Below are positions 50,809 to 64,000 of a stretch of DNA of 64,000 nt, in pieces. Position 1 is the first letter of the stretch, and each line of letters opens with the position of its first letter. The position numbers were made by a program, and so were the translations under genes. Location of the stretch: the NCBI GenBank assembly GCA_965655095.1, contig OZ296650.1, positions 61,070,001 to 61,134,000 of the forward strand, written 5' to 3'. Under the pieces are notes generated by a model. That model was not told where the DNA came from and did not search any database. It was given only the letters and a program-made list of their open reading frames with translations. Source of the stretch: Haplodiscus bocki (Eukaryota).

Positions 50809-51480
50809 ATGGCATCTAATTCATCACTGGGTTTGACTGACTCTGATGTTTTTTATGTTGAACAATCATCCAATGACCAAAGCTTACCCAGACCCAATAC
50901 GCCGATTTTTCTTAATTCCACAGAGATATCAGGTGACGACACCCGAGAAAAGATCTCTATATCATCAATTGCATCGCCTGAACCACAAATTGTGACAATC
51001 AATGACAACTCAAATGAGCCCACGATGCCATACGGAGTTGGACGGCAGCTCCCGATTATTCCACCAAGGCTAAATGACTTGAACCTGCCGCCCAATCTTT
51101 TTAAAATCCTGGCAACGATGGCAGTCGCAAGTAACACTGAGGAGACCAATGATGACAACTATAGCCCACAATCACCTGACCCGTCAAAACTCTCCCCAAT
51201 ATCGACGCCCCCATTAAACGTGAGCGCCTTCAGCAGCTGGGAGACGTCCTACACGACGACGAACGACGACACATTTTACTCAAGTGACGAACTCCGACGG
51301 ATATATTTCCTTTCTCCAAGTCCCTCACCGCCGCCATCACCTCCGCGAAGGCAGAACAGAAAGTTGAGCCTGGGAATGTCCGTTCCAAAAGAAGGGGGAG
51401 TGTCGCAACAAAGGGCATCCCAGGTCCATCGAGAACAAAGTAGAACTGCAGAAATACTCAATTTTACTCGCAAACTATAA
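50809..51480 (+). CDS. ORF3 of the retrotransposon: 223-aa Ser/Pro-rich protein of unknown function, reading through the PPT into the 3' LTR
   Basis: Open from ATG to TAA, with no hydrophobic segment. The C-terminus in this copy is frameshifted by a 37-bp deletion at the start of the 3' LTR. The 5' LTR version gives ..VSQHVCEACGQTIPSTKDIPGPSRKK*. Confidence 0.6.
   Translation: MASNSSLGLTDSDVFYVEQSSNDQSLPRPNTPIFLNSTEISGDDTREKISISSIASPEPQIVTINDNSNEPTMPYGVGRQLPIIPPRLNDLNLPPNLFKILATMAVASNTEETNDDNYSPQSPDPSKLSPISTPPLNVSAFSSWETSYTTTNDDTFYSSDELRRIYFLSPSPSPPPSPPRRQNRKLSLGMSVPKEGGVSQQRASQVHREQSRTAEILNFTRKL
51387..51400 (+). other. Polypurine tract
   Basis: AAAAGAAGGGGGAG lies immediately before the TG of the 3' LTR. 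Confidence 0.92.
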
Positions 51481-53136
51481 TTTCATTCATTTAAACATTC
51501 GTTTCAACATTTACTCATTGATTTATATTTAAGGATACGTAGTAAATACGTATCCACCTAGTACGCACACATGTAATTTATGTGGACGATACGTAGTTGT
51601 TACGTGACGTCCCATAACATTTATTTCATGTAAAAGGCACGTATCCGATACGTGTAATTCTGGCGAACTGATCCTTATTGGGACGGAAAAGATGCGGAGC
51701 AAACGAATATTCACTGTATTTTTATATTAATTTAGGTGCCATTTTATATAATTATTCTAACTAATTATTATATAAATCCACCTTTTTGATTGTGCAGTAA
51801 GCTTTTGATTGACAGCTTTAACAAGTTTTCAATAGCTTAACTATTAGAACAGAGCTTGACTTTAAAAGTGAATGTTTGTTCCGTATGTGTTCCGTCTTAA
51901 CTAATCTGATGACGTCACTAGAATTTCAGCCAATCCGCTGTGCTACTACGGTGTTTCAGTTTGGACGGCCACGGGACGTCTACGTAGCCACCAGAATCAT
52001 TCTCCTCAGTAGCACTGCGGCAGGCAGTGCTACAAGCGGCTACGTAGCCGCCACGAACGCTCCGGCCAAAGTGAGGCCTGAGCTGGTAGAAACGTGGAGC
52101 GGGCTAGGAAATACGCCTAGTTTGTTCCAAACAGTGGTTCTAATTGATGCAGCATGTAATCATAAATCTTTTTATATTATACACCTCATTTTTCCATACT
52201 TTAAATCATTTTCTGACTGTATTACTGTATTTTTTCCCTGTATGGAAATAACTTTGATCTTTTGTTTATGTAATTATTCATTATGTCGGCGCGGGAATAA
52301 CCACGTTGATGTCCATTTCCGACGGATCGTACCGTACTTTTTTCTTTCGAAATTTGGAAAAGACCCGATCCGTGAGGGAAGAAATGGACAGAAAGGTGTT
52401 TATTTCCCGCTAGAGTCGGCATCCTTTTTCTTTGATAAATAATATGATTAAAGTACTTTTCCCTCTTTGTACCTTGATCTGGCGTGTAAACAATTATGTT
52501 TCCCGCCAAGGAAATGTATAAATAGGAGAAAAAAAGTACAATTATTATTATATGAATTGTAGCCTTTCGGTATTGTACCATTTTGTTTCTTAAATCATTT
52601 GACTGTTTTATTCATCAATACCTTTTCCCTCATACTAAGAGGAGATCGTTACTGAAAATAAAGATGAAATTAAATTCAGTGTTCACCGCTGACAAGATTT
52701 TTCCCTTCGAAGAATATGGCAACATTGAGAAACAAGAGAAAATTAGCGGCAGTTTCAAGAGAAACACCGGAAGGCAGTAGAGGACGGAATGTGCTTGACC
52801 CTGAGTTAACCCAGGATTACATCTCCCAAGTCTCCGAGGAGATTGAAGGGAGGGTAACCAAGAAACTTTCTAAGGAATTTAACAAAACGGAGTCACGCAT
52901 CTTGGGTGCCTTATCGAAACTTGACGTGTTTCTTCTTAACCCACAACTTCGGACTTGTTCTGTAGCCGCTCACGGAACGTCCAGAAACTCTAATACAGAA
53001 AACCGGGAAACTCATGGGGATCGCTCCTCAGATGATCCCTATCCCGAAGTGGGGTATTTTCCTCACCACTCTGGTTAACTCAATAGCCCAGAGGCAGAGA
53101 CCATCTCGCATACGGTGACCGAAACTTACCCTCACA
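51401..53136 (+). repeat. 3' LTR (1736 bp), including a second copy of the gag 5' end (52716-53136)
   Basis: Direct repeat of 37725-39511. It ends ..CTTACCCTCACA followed by the TSD GGTCC. Confidence 0.95.
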
Positions 53137-56100
53137 GGTCCTCACTCTTTTAGGTGTGGCAATAACTGGTGGTAGAGTGAAGTTCCTTTGAATTGATGCT
53201 TTTTGCCTATTTTTCACGTTCTGACTGTTTTCCCCAATTGGTAAACTGTTAATTTTTTAAAAAAACATCTTTCATGTGCCACTATTTTGAAATTTTAAAT
53301 TACTCCATAAAAGTGCCAGTTTCTCCTGATGAAGAAATTTTCAATCCTTTTCTCCTCATGACGTCTTCGATACCAGTGGTGACGTATTCTATGTCTAAAA
53401 GCCGCTACATGATTATTTTTGTTGTCGCGCCCTACAGGTGCTGTTGCATTGATCTGGAATTGACAAAGTCAGACTGGTTCGTATACTTTATATGTTCTGG
53501 CTACTTTTCCTCTCTAGTTTTTGCAACGAAAACATTCTCTTCAAAGACTTTTGGATTTTCGAAAAAAAAGTCATTTTGTTTTGGTGTTCTGTTTTATCTT
53601 CTGCACTAGCAATCTTGTTCTTACTTTTGGTCGACTCCACACATTTTTTCTGATGCTTCTCCAGTTTCCTGTTAAGTGAATCGCCCTTTTGAACGGAATC
53701 CCAACTAACGGTGTTTCTCATACACTTCAACAAGATACACTTTACCCTTACACTGACGTTGTTATGGTTAGCTGTCAAATTGAAGCTTCTCTTGACTGAG
53801 ACCTAAATGGCACGTATTGGACTGGTTTCTGTACCTTCCTGAAGTTTAACACATACTACACAGCCTCCACGAATCTACCAAATTATTTTACACTGTGTGG
53901 AATCCCGCGTCTGATGAGAGACAGAGTGGCATGGACAACTGTTCTTGGTCTTCAACCCTTCCCTCTTTGGTCTTTCTGATTTTACCAAAAATTTCATTTG
54001 AGTATCCGCAGCTTAGCCTCATATTTTGTGAAAACGCCGAACTTAATCAAAGTCACCCACCTAATCTTCGCCGTAGAAGAAATCGCTTTGTGTTCTGATC
54101 ATTTTCACATTTGATTTACTCAAGTTTTCCTTTCATTTCTTCGAACAGTTTCTTTGTCCAGGGAACATTTCATGGATATTGACAGCTCTTTTCGTTAAGT
54201 TCACAGTCCATAGCATCCACCTGTTCATTTTCCTTGGCTCTTTGCACTTCTGTCCGTCAGTCTGTCTGCTCAACATTGAGACTTTATTCCTCCTACAATA
54301 ACTCATTGGATATTTTGCCGGGATGCCGGATTTTTGAAACTTTTCTATCGAGTTCACGTTGCTTTCGATGCACATCGATAGTGGTGAGATGCACACTGAG
54401 ATATTTGTACTAAAAATGATTCTGAAGGCCATGTAATGAAGGCGACTTCCACATTATTGGAATTGGACCTTCCAGCTGTTATGAATTTGATCCTTTGGTT
54501 TTTTACTAACTTTACAGTCCCGAAAACGCATGCATTCAGCGGCGTCATCAACTTCCGTCAGCTTAAGCGGAAATTGTGCATCATCTTCATGGACCTGTAT
54601 TGGTCTTCTACAACACCGATCCTGAACTTCGAAATCTGTTAGAGATCTTTTCGAACATCGTTTTCAGATCTTTCTTTTTGGCCGACCGCACCGTTCTACA
54701 TTCAATGAGTTTTTTTGTGAAAAACCGGGATTGAGCTTGTGCTTCAATTAACGTCAGAGTTGATCAAAAAAATGCGACTGTTGAAGAAAAAGTGTTCAAG
54801 CACTTTCAGAGGGCACTGCTTCGATAGCCGCCGTCGCAAATGTAAGCTTCAAGTGCTTTACAACAACACCAACTTCATAATCACACTGAAAGAAAATTTC
54901 ACTGGTCAATTCAAAACATGCTGAAACGTGCACGTCTTTATCTTTGGCCCCGGTATCTTATTGCTCGAATCAAGAAGAACTAACCGAAACCATCTCAAAG
55001 TCACGCAACAGCGGTGATTCTGCCTTTGAAGTTTCCTTGAATCAAGCGGCACTCCTCTGAAACTTTGTTCTACAATACTTTACACCCCAAAAAGCCTCCA
55101 TTTTACAATTTACTTGATTTTTTCTTCAAACAGACAATACTGTTTTTCAATCGAATGAAGCAACTTTTCAATACCACAGATTTTGGTGCCGATCAGTGTT
55201 AAATATAAATAAAAAAAATTTAGGACAAAAAACAGCAACAAAAAACATGAGAAGGCAACTACGAAACAATTTTGGAAATTTGGACACTTTTGCTTGCGTT
55301 CTTTCTTTGGCCTATTTATTTCATTTTGCCTTTTGGCAACCAATTTCAGTTAACTGACAATTTGTTGGTTTTTGCCCTTTCTTTGGATCAACTCAACATG
55401 GACCTTTCATTCATTTCAAATCAACATAAACATTCGATTTTTCCAACCGGTTGATCGTCTTTTTTGACAAATCGGACGTATCTGAACGGAAAAACAGTCA
55501 TGACTGAAAAAAATGCCCTACCTGATGACAGATGAATCTGCCAGCGCACTCAGCGTCCGTTGAATTTCAACTTATCCAATTTTGACATGTAAAGAGTCTT
55601 CATTCATATCATTCAAGTTTTTTTCTTTTCTGCGGTTGTTATATAATTTGAAAATCTTTTTGAGGTGGATGTCAGGCTGGTAACCGGCTGCTATAAAACT
55701 TGCCTTTTGATAAAAGTTCGGCTGCTAAGTGGTGGAGTTTCCTCGAATCAACAAATCAGGTCCCATGGTTCTTTTTTCAGGGGGAATGTAAGACCTCATC
55801 GGCTCATCTTTTCTTTACTAGATTGATATGCGTGTTTTGGATTCGTCGTTCACGATGCCCTCTGTGGCGTTCTTGACAGGTCTGCTTCCGTAAGTAGTGC
55901 TTTCAACCATGTTGATACACTTCGTTGTGCTAGACTTCTTTCCGTCTCCTATCTTTCGCAATGAATCAAAAGATTGCAGACAAGCCCAATCATTTGAAAT
56001 AATTTGATGAAATTATAATTATAAATAATTATATATAAATAGAAATTATAAAAAATGTGCTTGATTGAGCGTACAATGCCTGATAAATTTGATTGTTTGT

Positions 56101-56476
56101 AGAGGATAATATCAACGTGTGCGGGTGTTTATTAAGCAAGTTCAAGTAAGTTTTGATATGCTCGGGGATGGCAATCAGCAAATTTGTGCGGGTGGTGCCA
56201 GTTCTTTCAATTGGATTGCCAAGTGGTCTTTTGATTGCGCTGTACTTGTGTTGGCTCTTTGTGAATTTGCGTGGTCACGTGAAAATTCGTATGACTCAGT
56301 TTTTACCATGGGCGATTACTTATTGGCTCTATATTTAATGTGCTTTCTAATTAAAAACCGTTTGGTCTCCAATCCAACAACCTTGTGGTGGCTACTGTCA
56401 TGAAATGTGATGTTCGTGCGACTTCAGCGCAATGCAGTTGATTTTTTCCAATATGGCGTATCAAATAACAAATACA

Positions 56477-56676
56477 NNNNNNNNNNNNNNNNNNNNNNNN
56501 NNNNNNNNNNNNNNNNNNNNNNNNNNNNNNNNNNNNNNNNNNNNNNNNNNNNNNNNNNNNNNNNNNNNNNNNNNNNNNNNNNNNNNNNNNNNNNNNNNNN
56601 NNNNNNNNNNNNNNNNNNNNNNNNNNNNNNNNNNNNNNNNNNNNNNNNNNNNNNNNNNNNNNNNNNNNNNNNNNNN
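56477..56676. other. Assembly gap (200 N)
   Basis: A run of exactly 200 n. The sequences on either side may not be truly adjacent. Confidence 0.99.
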
Positions 56677-59600
56677 AAAGTGTGAATGCGAAAAACTTTT
56701 CGTTTTCATTAATCATCATAAGTTACATATTGCATCTAAAACGCAGTCTTGAAACCATCATCATCATCCAAGCCTTTCGCCAGTTAATTTAAATCAATGT
56801 ACGCGCATCAGGCAGCCACACATATTGTTCTGCAAATCTGTCGCCACCCATCACAATATCTTGTTTGTTTTGTCACGTGAATTAAATCGTCCCTGGTGCT
56901 GAGGAGTTCAATAGCTCCTGATTCACGAAGACGGCGCTGTCTCCTTCTAAGTATATCGTCACTTATGGTTGTTATGATAGTTGTCCTCTGTTATCATTTC
57001 CCTAACTTGTGGTGAGGTAGTGTATCTTTGCTTCGTTTGCAGGTACCTTTCTGATCATCTGAAGGACGTGTTCGAGTAATTCCATCGTTTTTTTTGCATT
57101 TCCGATCTGATGATACTACTCCTGCACTTCTCATTTACACACTTGTTTGAAATTCGGTGTGGGTACATAATAATAAGATAAAATCGAGATTGTTGTCGGT
57201 GAAAAGCTTTCAACTTTTTTTCTTTTTTCTGCCTCAACCTGCAGTTTTCAGAGTAACACAATAAGATTGACTTAACGATGAACTTATAAGGAAAAATTCT
57301 TCTTCTCAGTGTAATTCTAGCACCTCTGTACCAGATTTTTTTGTAGTCTGGAAAAAGCTGCGGCAGCCAATTTTTTTAAAGGTGTAATCTTGTTCAACGC
57401 CTAAGAGCAATCCATGTTTCCTAACTACTAGCACGGTTTCGTTTATCTTCACTGCATCTCATTTAGGGATGGTGATTCCGGTTTTTTCCAGATTTGCGTA
57501 GAGATTTTATTTTTCAAAAATGATGTTGAGTATTTTTGTATCTTTTTGATTGTTGGGGCTCGGTATCGATGGAGTCTGAATCAATTACGTAAGAGGTTGC
57601 ACACTGATGCGTTTCATCACTGGGGAACTTACAGGTTTCCTGAGCTAGTTTAGAAGCGTTTTCTTTCTGTCGTATCTCTTTGAGAGCTTTTTCAAAACGA
57701 ATATTAGTTTGATGCGACTGATTGCGCAGTTTTTGGGAAGATCCAAAATTTTATGTTTCACTTTGATCGCCAATTTTGTACGGGAGAAGAGTTTTTGGGA
57801 TCTTTCTCTTTTAGTCACTCTCGGATATCTTCTAGTATATTTCCAATAGCTTGTTTTCTTCTCAAAAATGTCAAACGCTGCGGTGATATTCATGCCACTG
57901 AACTTTTCTGATTCGATTTTTTATGTACACGAGCAGAGAGTCATTTCAACCGCCACACTGCGGTTTTTCTGCTTCTTCTACGTCAGTATGCTGTTCGGTT
58001 TTGTACTATGTACGATTGTGCTTCATTTTTGAGTCCGTCTATCGTATTTAGCGACAGTATTTTGCTCAGTACTGGTAGGAAAAGAACCGCAATAAGGCTT
58101 TTTGCATCCGTTTTAGCTTTTCCTGGCTCTTGAAGAGGAACCACAGTTCCATGTCCATATCTGATACCTTCACTGTCTTCAGCAGACATATTGAAAAGGC
58201 CGGTATTTTTTGTTTTCAATATCGGGTGGACCACATTTTTTGAGTTTTGCGTGATTATCATCGCATCCAGGTGCTTTTCCATCTTTCACTTTCTCCGCGG
58301 CTTCAAGAACTTTTTCGTCGCTGATTGGTCAATTCAGTGGTCTCCTTATGTTTACTCCAACCTCAGTCGCCGTATCTTTATGGAAATGCGCACGAAAATT
58401 ATATTTTCATGATATCATGAACTTCGTGTGGATGTTTATTTCTACCTCCTTCCTCCATTACCATTATCAGTTCTTTCTTGTCCCGTAGCAATTGGTTGAG
58501 CACCTTGATTGCTTTGTTTTTGTTTGGCGCGTGTGAAATGTTTTCAACCAGTGGGTCGACTCTTTCCTCTTCAATTGCTTCAAATGTATGTGAATTATAC
58601 GTAAATTTTCGTTCCGTTGTGAACTCAGTTCCCGTTGGGTGGAATTATCTTAGCTGCTTGATATGTCTAGGCAAAGTTTTTCCTGCTTTGCTGAGGGTGT
58701 GTTCATTGTATCATCATGGATTTTAACGGTTGGTCCGTCTCATTTGTCAAAATTTCACTACCTTACTTTCCTATTGCTCGCAGTTTTCACTCCAAGAAGT
58801 CGTATTCTCTTGACGGTCTGTATTATCCTGTTGCTATCATTCACGGATTGTTTTTTTGGTTAGAAACTTTTTGGATTTGACTATTTGGTTCCGTTTTGAA
58901 ACGTTTCGCTGAGAATATGTGGTACAGCCTGATTTCAAAACGCGAAAAGGCAAGGCGATGGTCCGATGTTATTTTCATAGTAGCATAGTTTCTTGAGTTT
59001 AGCAAATTACTTTTTTTCTTGATTACATGGTGTAATCAATTTGATTCCAATTTTTGATCAACTTTTTGTCAATGTATATTGTTGATTCCCAGAATGTATT
59101 GTGACTTGCTTCATGTTGGAAAGGTGTGTTGCAAAGAAATAGTAAGTTTTTTTACGCTCAACTTAAGTAGATTCAGCCCACTGTCATTTGTGTATCCGTG
59201 AAATGGAACTCCAAAGCAATTGAAACCATCTGTTCCGCCAAGTTTCGTGTAAAAAACTCCACCATTAAAGATAAGGGCCGATCTTACCGAGCAGGTGGTC
59301 ATCGTTTTCGTGAGCTGTGAATAAAAATCATCGAGTTCTGCTCCGTCTCAACGAGAAGTTTTTTTATGTTCTGCATATGCTATTTAAATTGTGATAAGCT
59401 CCTTATGTTTTTTCTTGCCGATTGTGACTTTTGTGTCCAATTTTCTTGTACAATAGAAAGTGTTTGGTTTGTAAACTTTAGGTTTTGTATCATTGATCGT
59501 TTCTGATTCGTATAATGATTCTTTCCAATTGTTGTACCTAATTGTTCTGATAAAACAATTAATTAGTTTCATATGATATATGGAATATGCCCACCAAAGC

Positions 59601-59829
59601 ACGGCGAAATTTTCTGACAGACAATGAGAGCAATAAAGATGGGTCACTGCATGTCATTCAAGACAGCAAAGATTGTGTTGCGTGGACATCTATTTTGCTA
59701 CCAAAGCACATACCAAGAAACTTCTTGGATCACCCAATTTTATGTGCTTTTTTCGCTGCATTTGTTTTTGAAGAGTGCAAAGCATAGCTAACAGCAAATA
59801 ACGCCGATATTACGAGTTTATTTTGTGCA

Positions 59830-62800
59830 GATCCATATTAATAGTTGGTCGACGTGAAAGTAACCGCAGTTTTGGGGTTGAGGAGATTAATATTGAGGAT
59901 GTGCTTGAGCGTGTGGTAGAGTTGGCAAACAAAATCGGAGTGACTCGCCGTGTCTGTGTCATCGACTGCTCTCCAGAAACCCAGGAACACGCCCAATAAT
60001 TGCAAAGTTTTTGCGACCTGAAACCCAATGTCGCGTTATGACACATAAATGGAGTTTGAAAAACTCATGCAAAAGAGTTTGGATTAAGGACGATGTAACA
60101 CTATTGCGGGAAAATTTAGCAAGAGCCCTCCACTAGCAACTCGACATAAAATCTGTTAGTTTGTTTAACGAAAAAATAGATCTAACAATTTCCAACGTTA
60201 GAAGGCATTTTTTATTAATTTATTTGGTTTACGTAAATAGAACATGGAGTTTGTTGATTCTGTAGGCAACGACTTTGGGCATTTTCGGTAAGGGTTTCTT
60301 TCAATTGAAGCGACCCCACTCGTATGTACAAATGAAGGTCATTACATTTTTCGCAACGACACTGAAACCAGTCGGGAAGGCCATGAATTGTTTTTTCACG
60401 TCAAGATTCGTTCGCTTAGTAAAAGACTTGATAATTTAGAGCGTTTTTTAGAAACTTTTAGCACAATTAAGCCATCTGTTGTTTGTTTATCAGAAACATG
60501 GATATCAAAAGTAAGGGAACTTCTAATGTAAATTTCAAACAATTACTTGCCCCGACATTTCATTCTGGATTGAATTGAGTTGACAGCGTAGTGGTTTATG
60601 TACACGAATCCATCAAATAGGAGGTGGTACTCACTAAAACACACCTATATCATGAAGTGTTTAAAGCAATTAATAAGAACAACTAATGTTTTATTGTGGT
60701 TTGCATGTACACGTTTCCGTCCTCCAAACTTTCTTTAATTTTGGAGGAGGTTGAATTGTTACAAATTGACATTTCCAGTTTTATTAAACTCCCCAATTTT
60801 TAATGTAGGCGACAATAATTTTTCTCCTCAGAAACAGAACAATATGTCAAGTAAGGATTCAAACAATTTGTAGTATACCGGAATGACGCAACTACTAAGG
60901 ACTCCAACACGACTTACCATAGATTCAGCAACTCTGATCGATCACATGAGTAATAACCATTCCTTTGACACTCCTAACTATGGTATACTTGATGCTGGTT
61001 TAACTGACTACTGTCCTACCTTTGCTAAATTGCCTTTCTCTTGTAAGAAAGTTGATGACGCTGGAACTAAAAATAAAACGTTTCCTATTATTTATAATGA
61101 ATGAGCAAGACAAGGTGATTTGCAATTACTTTCAATTGAACTGAAAATGCCGAATCTCTATGATGAATTTGATGAGCTATTTGAAATGTTTTCAGAATTA
61201 TTACAAAGTAGTATTGAACTATGCAGTTGTGTAAAACAATGCAAAACAAAAAAACGTAATCCACCTTGCTATTAGAAAAGTTTAGAATACTGTCAGTAAA
61301 AAATAACAGGCACTGAAGCGTTTTAGAGGAAAACCATTTGCTTCGAAAAAAACGAGATTCCTAAAATTTAATCCAAAAAAAGGTAAAGGTTTAAAGAAGC
61401 CAAATGTAATCATTCTTCAAATGAATAGACCCAAAACTTCTATTAGACGTTTAATGAAATGGCAGGTTAGAGAAGCGTGAAGACGATCCTGATAACTAAT
61501 AATGAAAACAAGGACACCATATTTTCCCCTATAGTTTTTGCGTATATGTTCAATAAGATGTTTGTTAACTTTGCAACTACTTCTGAAGGTCCAACCACAA
61601 AGGAGCTCAAAGATTCTATTGAAAAATTTGTTAATAATGATAACAATAAGTCTGCTTTCCCTACTAATTTGAGTGAGGGCTTCAAAACGGTTAGTAATTT
61701 GAAAAAGAATGAAGCTGGTGGAAAAATGGTGTGTCAGCTGAAGTGCTCAAAACTTAGCTTCCGGTGATTCTTTTTTTAAAAATGAGTTTCTAATCATGTC
61801 TTTGTCATGCCGTTGGTTCTCGAACTTTCTAAAGTATGCAAAAGGAAACCCTTTACACAAGTAGGGTGACAAGATGAATATCAATAAGTATAGGTCAATT
61901 TCGATTTTACGAGCTGTTAGGAAATTGTTCGAGAAAATTTTGTGTGAACGATTGTATTCAATTTTCGATAAACCAAAGGCAGTTTGGTTTTCCTAGTAAA
62001 TGAAGTACTATCGACGCTCTTGTTGAACTTACAGAACAAATTAGGCAAGAGAGCACTGATACATATACATGTATATTGCTTGATTTGCTTAAAGCATTTG
62101 ATTTCATCAATCATTAGAAATTTTCAGCCAAACTTCAATAAAATGGTGTCAGAGGAATTTGTTTAAAATTGTTTGCATGATAATGAAGAAGAGTGATGTC
62201 AGTGTCATCAGTTAGGTGATTTTCTTTTGGATTTCATGTACCTGCTGGTCGGAGTACCGCAAGGCTCAATCTTTGGGCTTCTATTGCTTTTAATATACAT
62301 CAATGATCTGCCAGGTACTTGTGAATTTCCTAACTTAGCCTAATTGGCTGGCGACACACAATTCTTTTTCTGTCATGCAACTCAAAATGAGTTGTTTTGC
62401 TAAATAATTTCCTTGAAAGCCCTCTCAAATGGTTATCTGTCAATAAGCTTGATCTAAATATTGATAAAACTCAAGCCATAACCTTTTCGAAAAATCAGGG
62501 CGAACGGATTCATTTATCAGATTGATCATTGAGGGAAAAAATTGGGTGAAGTGTCTTGGCAGTTTAACTGTTCAACATTTAAGCTTTAGGTTTCATAATA
62601 TTGAGGTAGCTGAAAGACAATCAAAAACATTATTCTGTAGTATCTCGATTAAGAGACTATGTTAAAAAACCTGTGCTTCTCCAGCGCTATATTACCCATA
62701 TTGAACCAGTTATCGGATATGGTCTCCGAATTTAGGACTGTACTTCAAAAAACAAAATAAAATTTTTTTACTAAAAAAGACATTGAAACAAATTTGATTT

Positions 62801-63300
62801 CAAGCTCGTTATGATCTATCTGAAGAATTTTCTGATGGAATGATTGTGTTAATTGTGTATGACTGCTATGCTATTGAGCTTTTCTTTTTTTTCTTGAATC
62901 AGTTCGTAGTGTTCTACCAACTGCGTATCTTAACTCTTTATAAGAGCGCAAAGTATCTAATGTTCGAACCAGAAAGGCTCAACTTAACCTTTTTTCTTTG
63001 CCAAATGAAATCTGCTCTGTTAGTCATAAGTTCTCTGCGTTACAGAGGTGCAAAGCTGATCAATTGTTTTGTGAAAACAGGTTTGGTTACAGTTGATTTC
63101 TCGAATAAAAACAAGCTTAAAGCATTGAAACACATGCCATATGAAATAGTAAAAGCTCAAATTTCAGGTGGGTTTTTTCAATGAGGTTGCTCATCATCTG
63201 CTTTTTTTGCGTCTTTTTTCCATACTTCGGAGGGTTCACTCTGACGGTGCTATTTTTTTTATATATCTACTTATTTTCACTGTTTTTTCTGTATTTGTAA
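59830..63300 (+). mobile_element. Decayed non-LTR retrotransposon (LINE, CR1/L2-like): APE endonuclease + RT, with a possible ORF1 remnant upstream
   Basis: APE motifs FHVKIRSL (60394), CLSETW (60484) and PTR....ATLIDH (60904). RT motifs YRSISIL...KLFEK (~61890), KAFD (~62092) and GVPQGSIFG.LLLLIYINDLP (62251). There are many stops and the ends are approximate. Confidence 0.88.
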
Positions 63301-64000
63301 TATTCTATAATTGTGTTGTTTCATAATATCTCTTCATCAGAGAAATTAAAACTTTATTCTTCTTCCAGAATAACTGTAATACACAAATTCGTTCTGTTAC
63401 TCGCCAGGATTTATAGACATTCGTTTCTCTTGGGGTGTTGAGAGGAAACCTTTGCCGTTTTGTCTGGTGTGACACTCCATACAAAAAAGACGATAATGAT
63501 TCGCAACAATGATATCTTGCTGTTTGCTGATTTTTGTTTCTTGAATACAACATATCAAAATTGCAGGCTTCGGCGTCATCCACGAGATAGTATTTCTTCA
63601 CATGATCTGTTAGTCCTCGAACCTTGAAAGTTCCGATTGACTAAAGTTTTCCAATGTTCTGTGCGCCTGTAGACTTGTAAAGTATACTTCAGTATGACTT
63701 TTGAAATTCGTTACTCATTCAGGATCTAATAAACTATCTCAATTTACAACAGATCAACAAAAAAAGCGAAACTAGATAGAATATCTAAAACACAAGTAGA
63801 AAAAAATGGATATGTTCAAACTAAAAAACACCACCCTCTTGGTGTCTGTAAGAACTATCAGTTTACGTAATTCCAAGGGTGGCTGTTACGACTACTTGAG
63901 TAGTGTTATGCGGTGTAAATACGAATACTTGAGTTTGAGATGTTAAAAGCTGAGTTTTTAAATAGAAATAAAAGCGTTTTAACTTCGAATTTTCTCGGAA

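Larger units (their letters stand above)
37725..53136 (+). mobile_element. Full-length (15.4 kb), pseudogenised Ty3/gypsy LTR retrotransposon with extra internal genes
   Basis: TG...CA termini; 5-bp TSD GGTCC at 37720-37724 and 53137-53141; paired LTRs; PBS; PPT; gag; pol domain order PR-RT-RH-IN (gypsy order). Confidence 0.97.

Noticed and set aside
50809-51480. ORF3 as an env gene
   Set aside because: It is in the env position but has no signal peptide, transmembrane helix or fusion-protein features, and it is short and low-complexity.
51876-52442. 188-aa ORF within the 3' LTR (split into 38240-38446 and 38436-38816 in the 5' LTR)
   Set aside because: It has a non-ATG start, is frameshifted in the other LTR, has no equivalent ORF in the solo LTR and no recognisable motif. 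It overlaps structured non-coding blocks.
56351-56752. ORFs spanning the N run
   Set aside because: Artefacts of translating the assembly gap.
53150-58900. Faint integrase/protease-like remnants on the minus strand (similar hints at 2.5-4.6 kb and 12.5-14.3 kb)
   Set aside because: Probably very old LTR-element debris, but the motifs are too degraded to assign a family or boundaries.
63831-63900. Inverted repeat CCACCCTCTTGG..CCAAGGGTGG followed by TGTTACG (possible LTR start)
   Set aside because: It is at the window edge, with no partner repeat or TSD visible.
1-64000. Most 60-120-aa ORFs in the track as host genes
   Set aside because: They have no recognisable domains, often have non-ATG starts and show random composition. 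Small host exons within a large intron cannot be excluded.

Overview
AT-rich eukaryotic (animal-like) genomic DNA made up almost entirely of transposable elements and their decayed relics. No intact host gene, rRNA, tRNA or CRISPR array is recognisable, and the species cannot be assigned from the sequence. The centrepiece is a full-length but pseudogenised 15.4-kb Ty3/gypsy LTR retrotransposon (37725-53136) with a GGTCC target-site duplication (TSD), ~1.75-kb LTRs, PBS, PPT, gag, a -1 frameshift signal and pol (PR-RT-RH-IN). Its architecture is unusual in four ways. (i) A ~5.7-kb region between pol and the 3' LTR holds an antisense, multi-intron gene resembling a catalytically dead hAT transposase, plus a divergently oriented sense ORF. 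(ii) Both LTR ends are protein-coding: gag starts ~430 bp inside the 5' LTR and ORF3 ends inside the 3' LTR. (iii) The LTR-end/PBS cassette is tandemly repeated in frame inside gag. (iv) The LTR carries long stem-loops that are conserved in a diverged solo LTR of a sister family (5270-6979, ACTCC TSD). Also present: a decayed Polinton/Maverick-type protein-primed DNA polymerase B (32.3-36.0 kb), a ~1.56-kb-unit tandem array probably built from a Penelope-like RT (16.1-23.4 kb), a decayed CR1/L2-type LINE (59.8-63.3 kb), older gypsy and possible DIRS relics, and a 200-N assembly gap. All alignments, counts and motif calls were done by eye.
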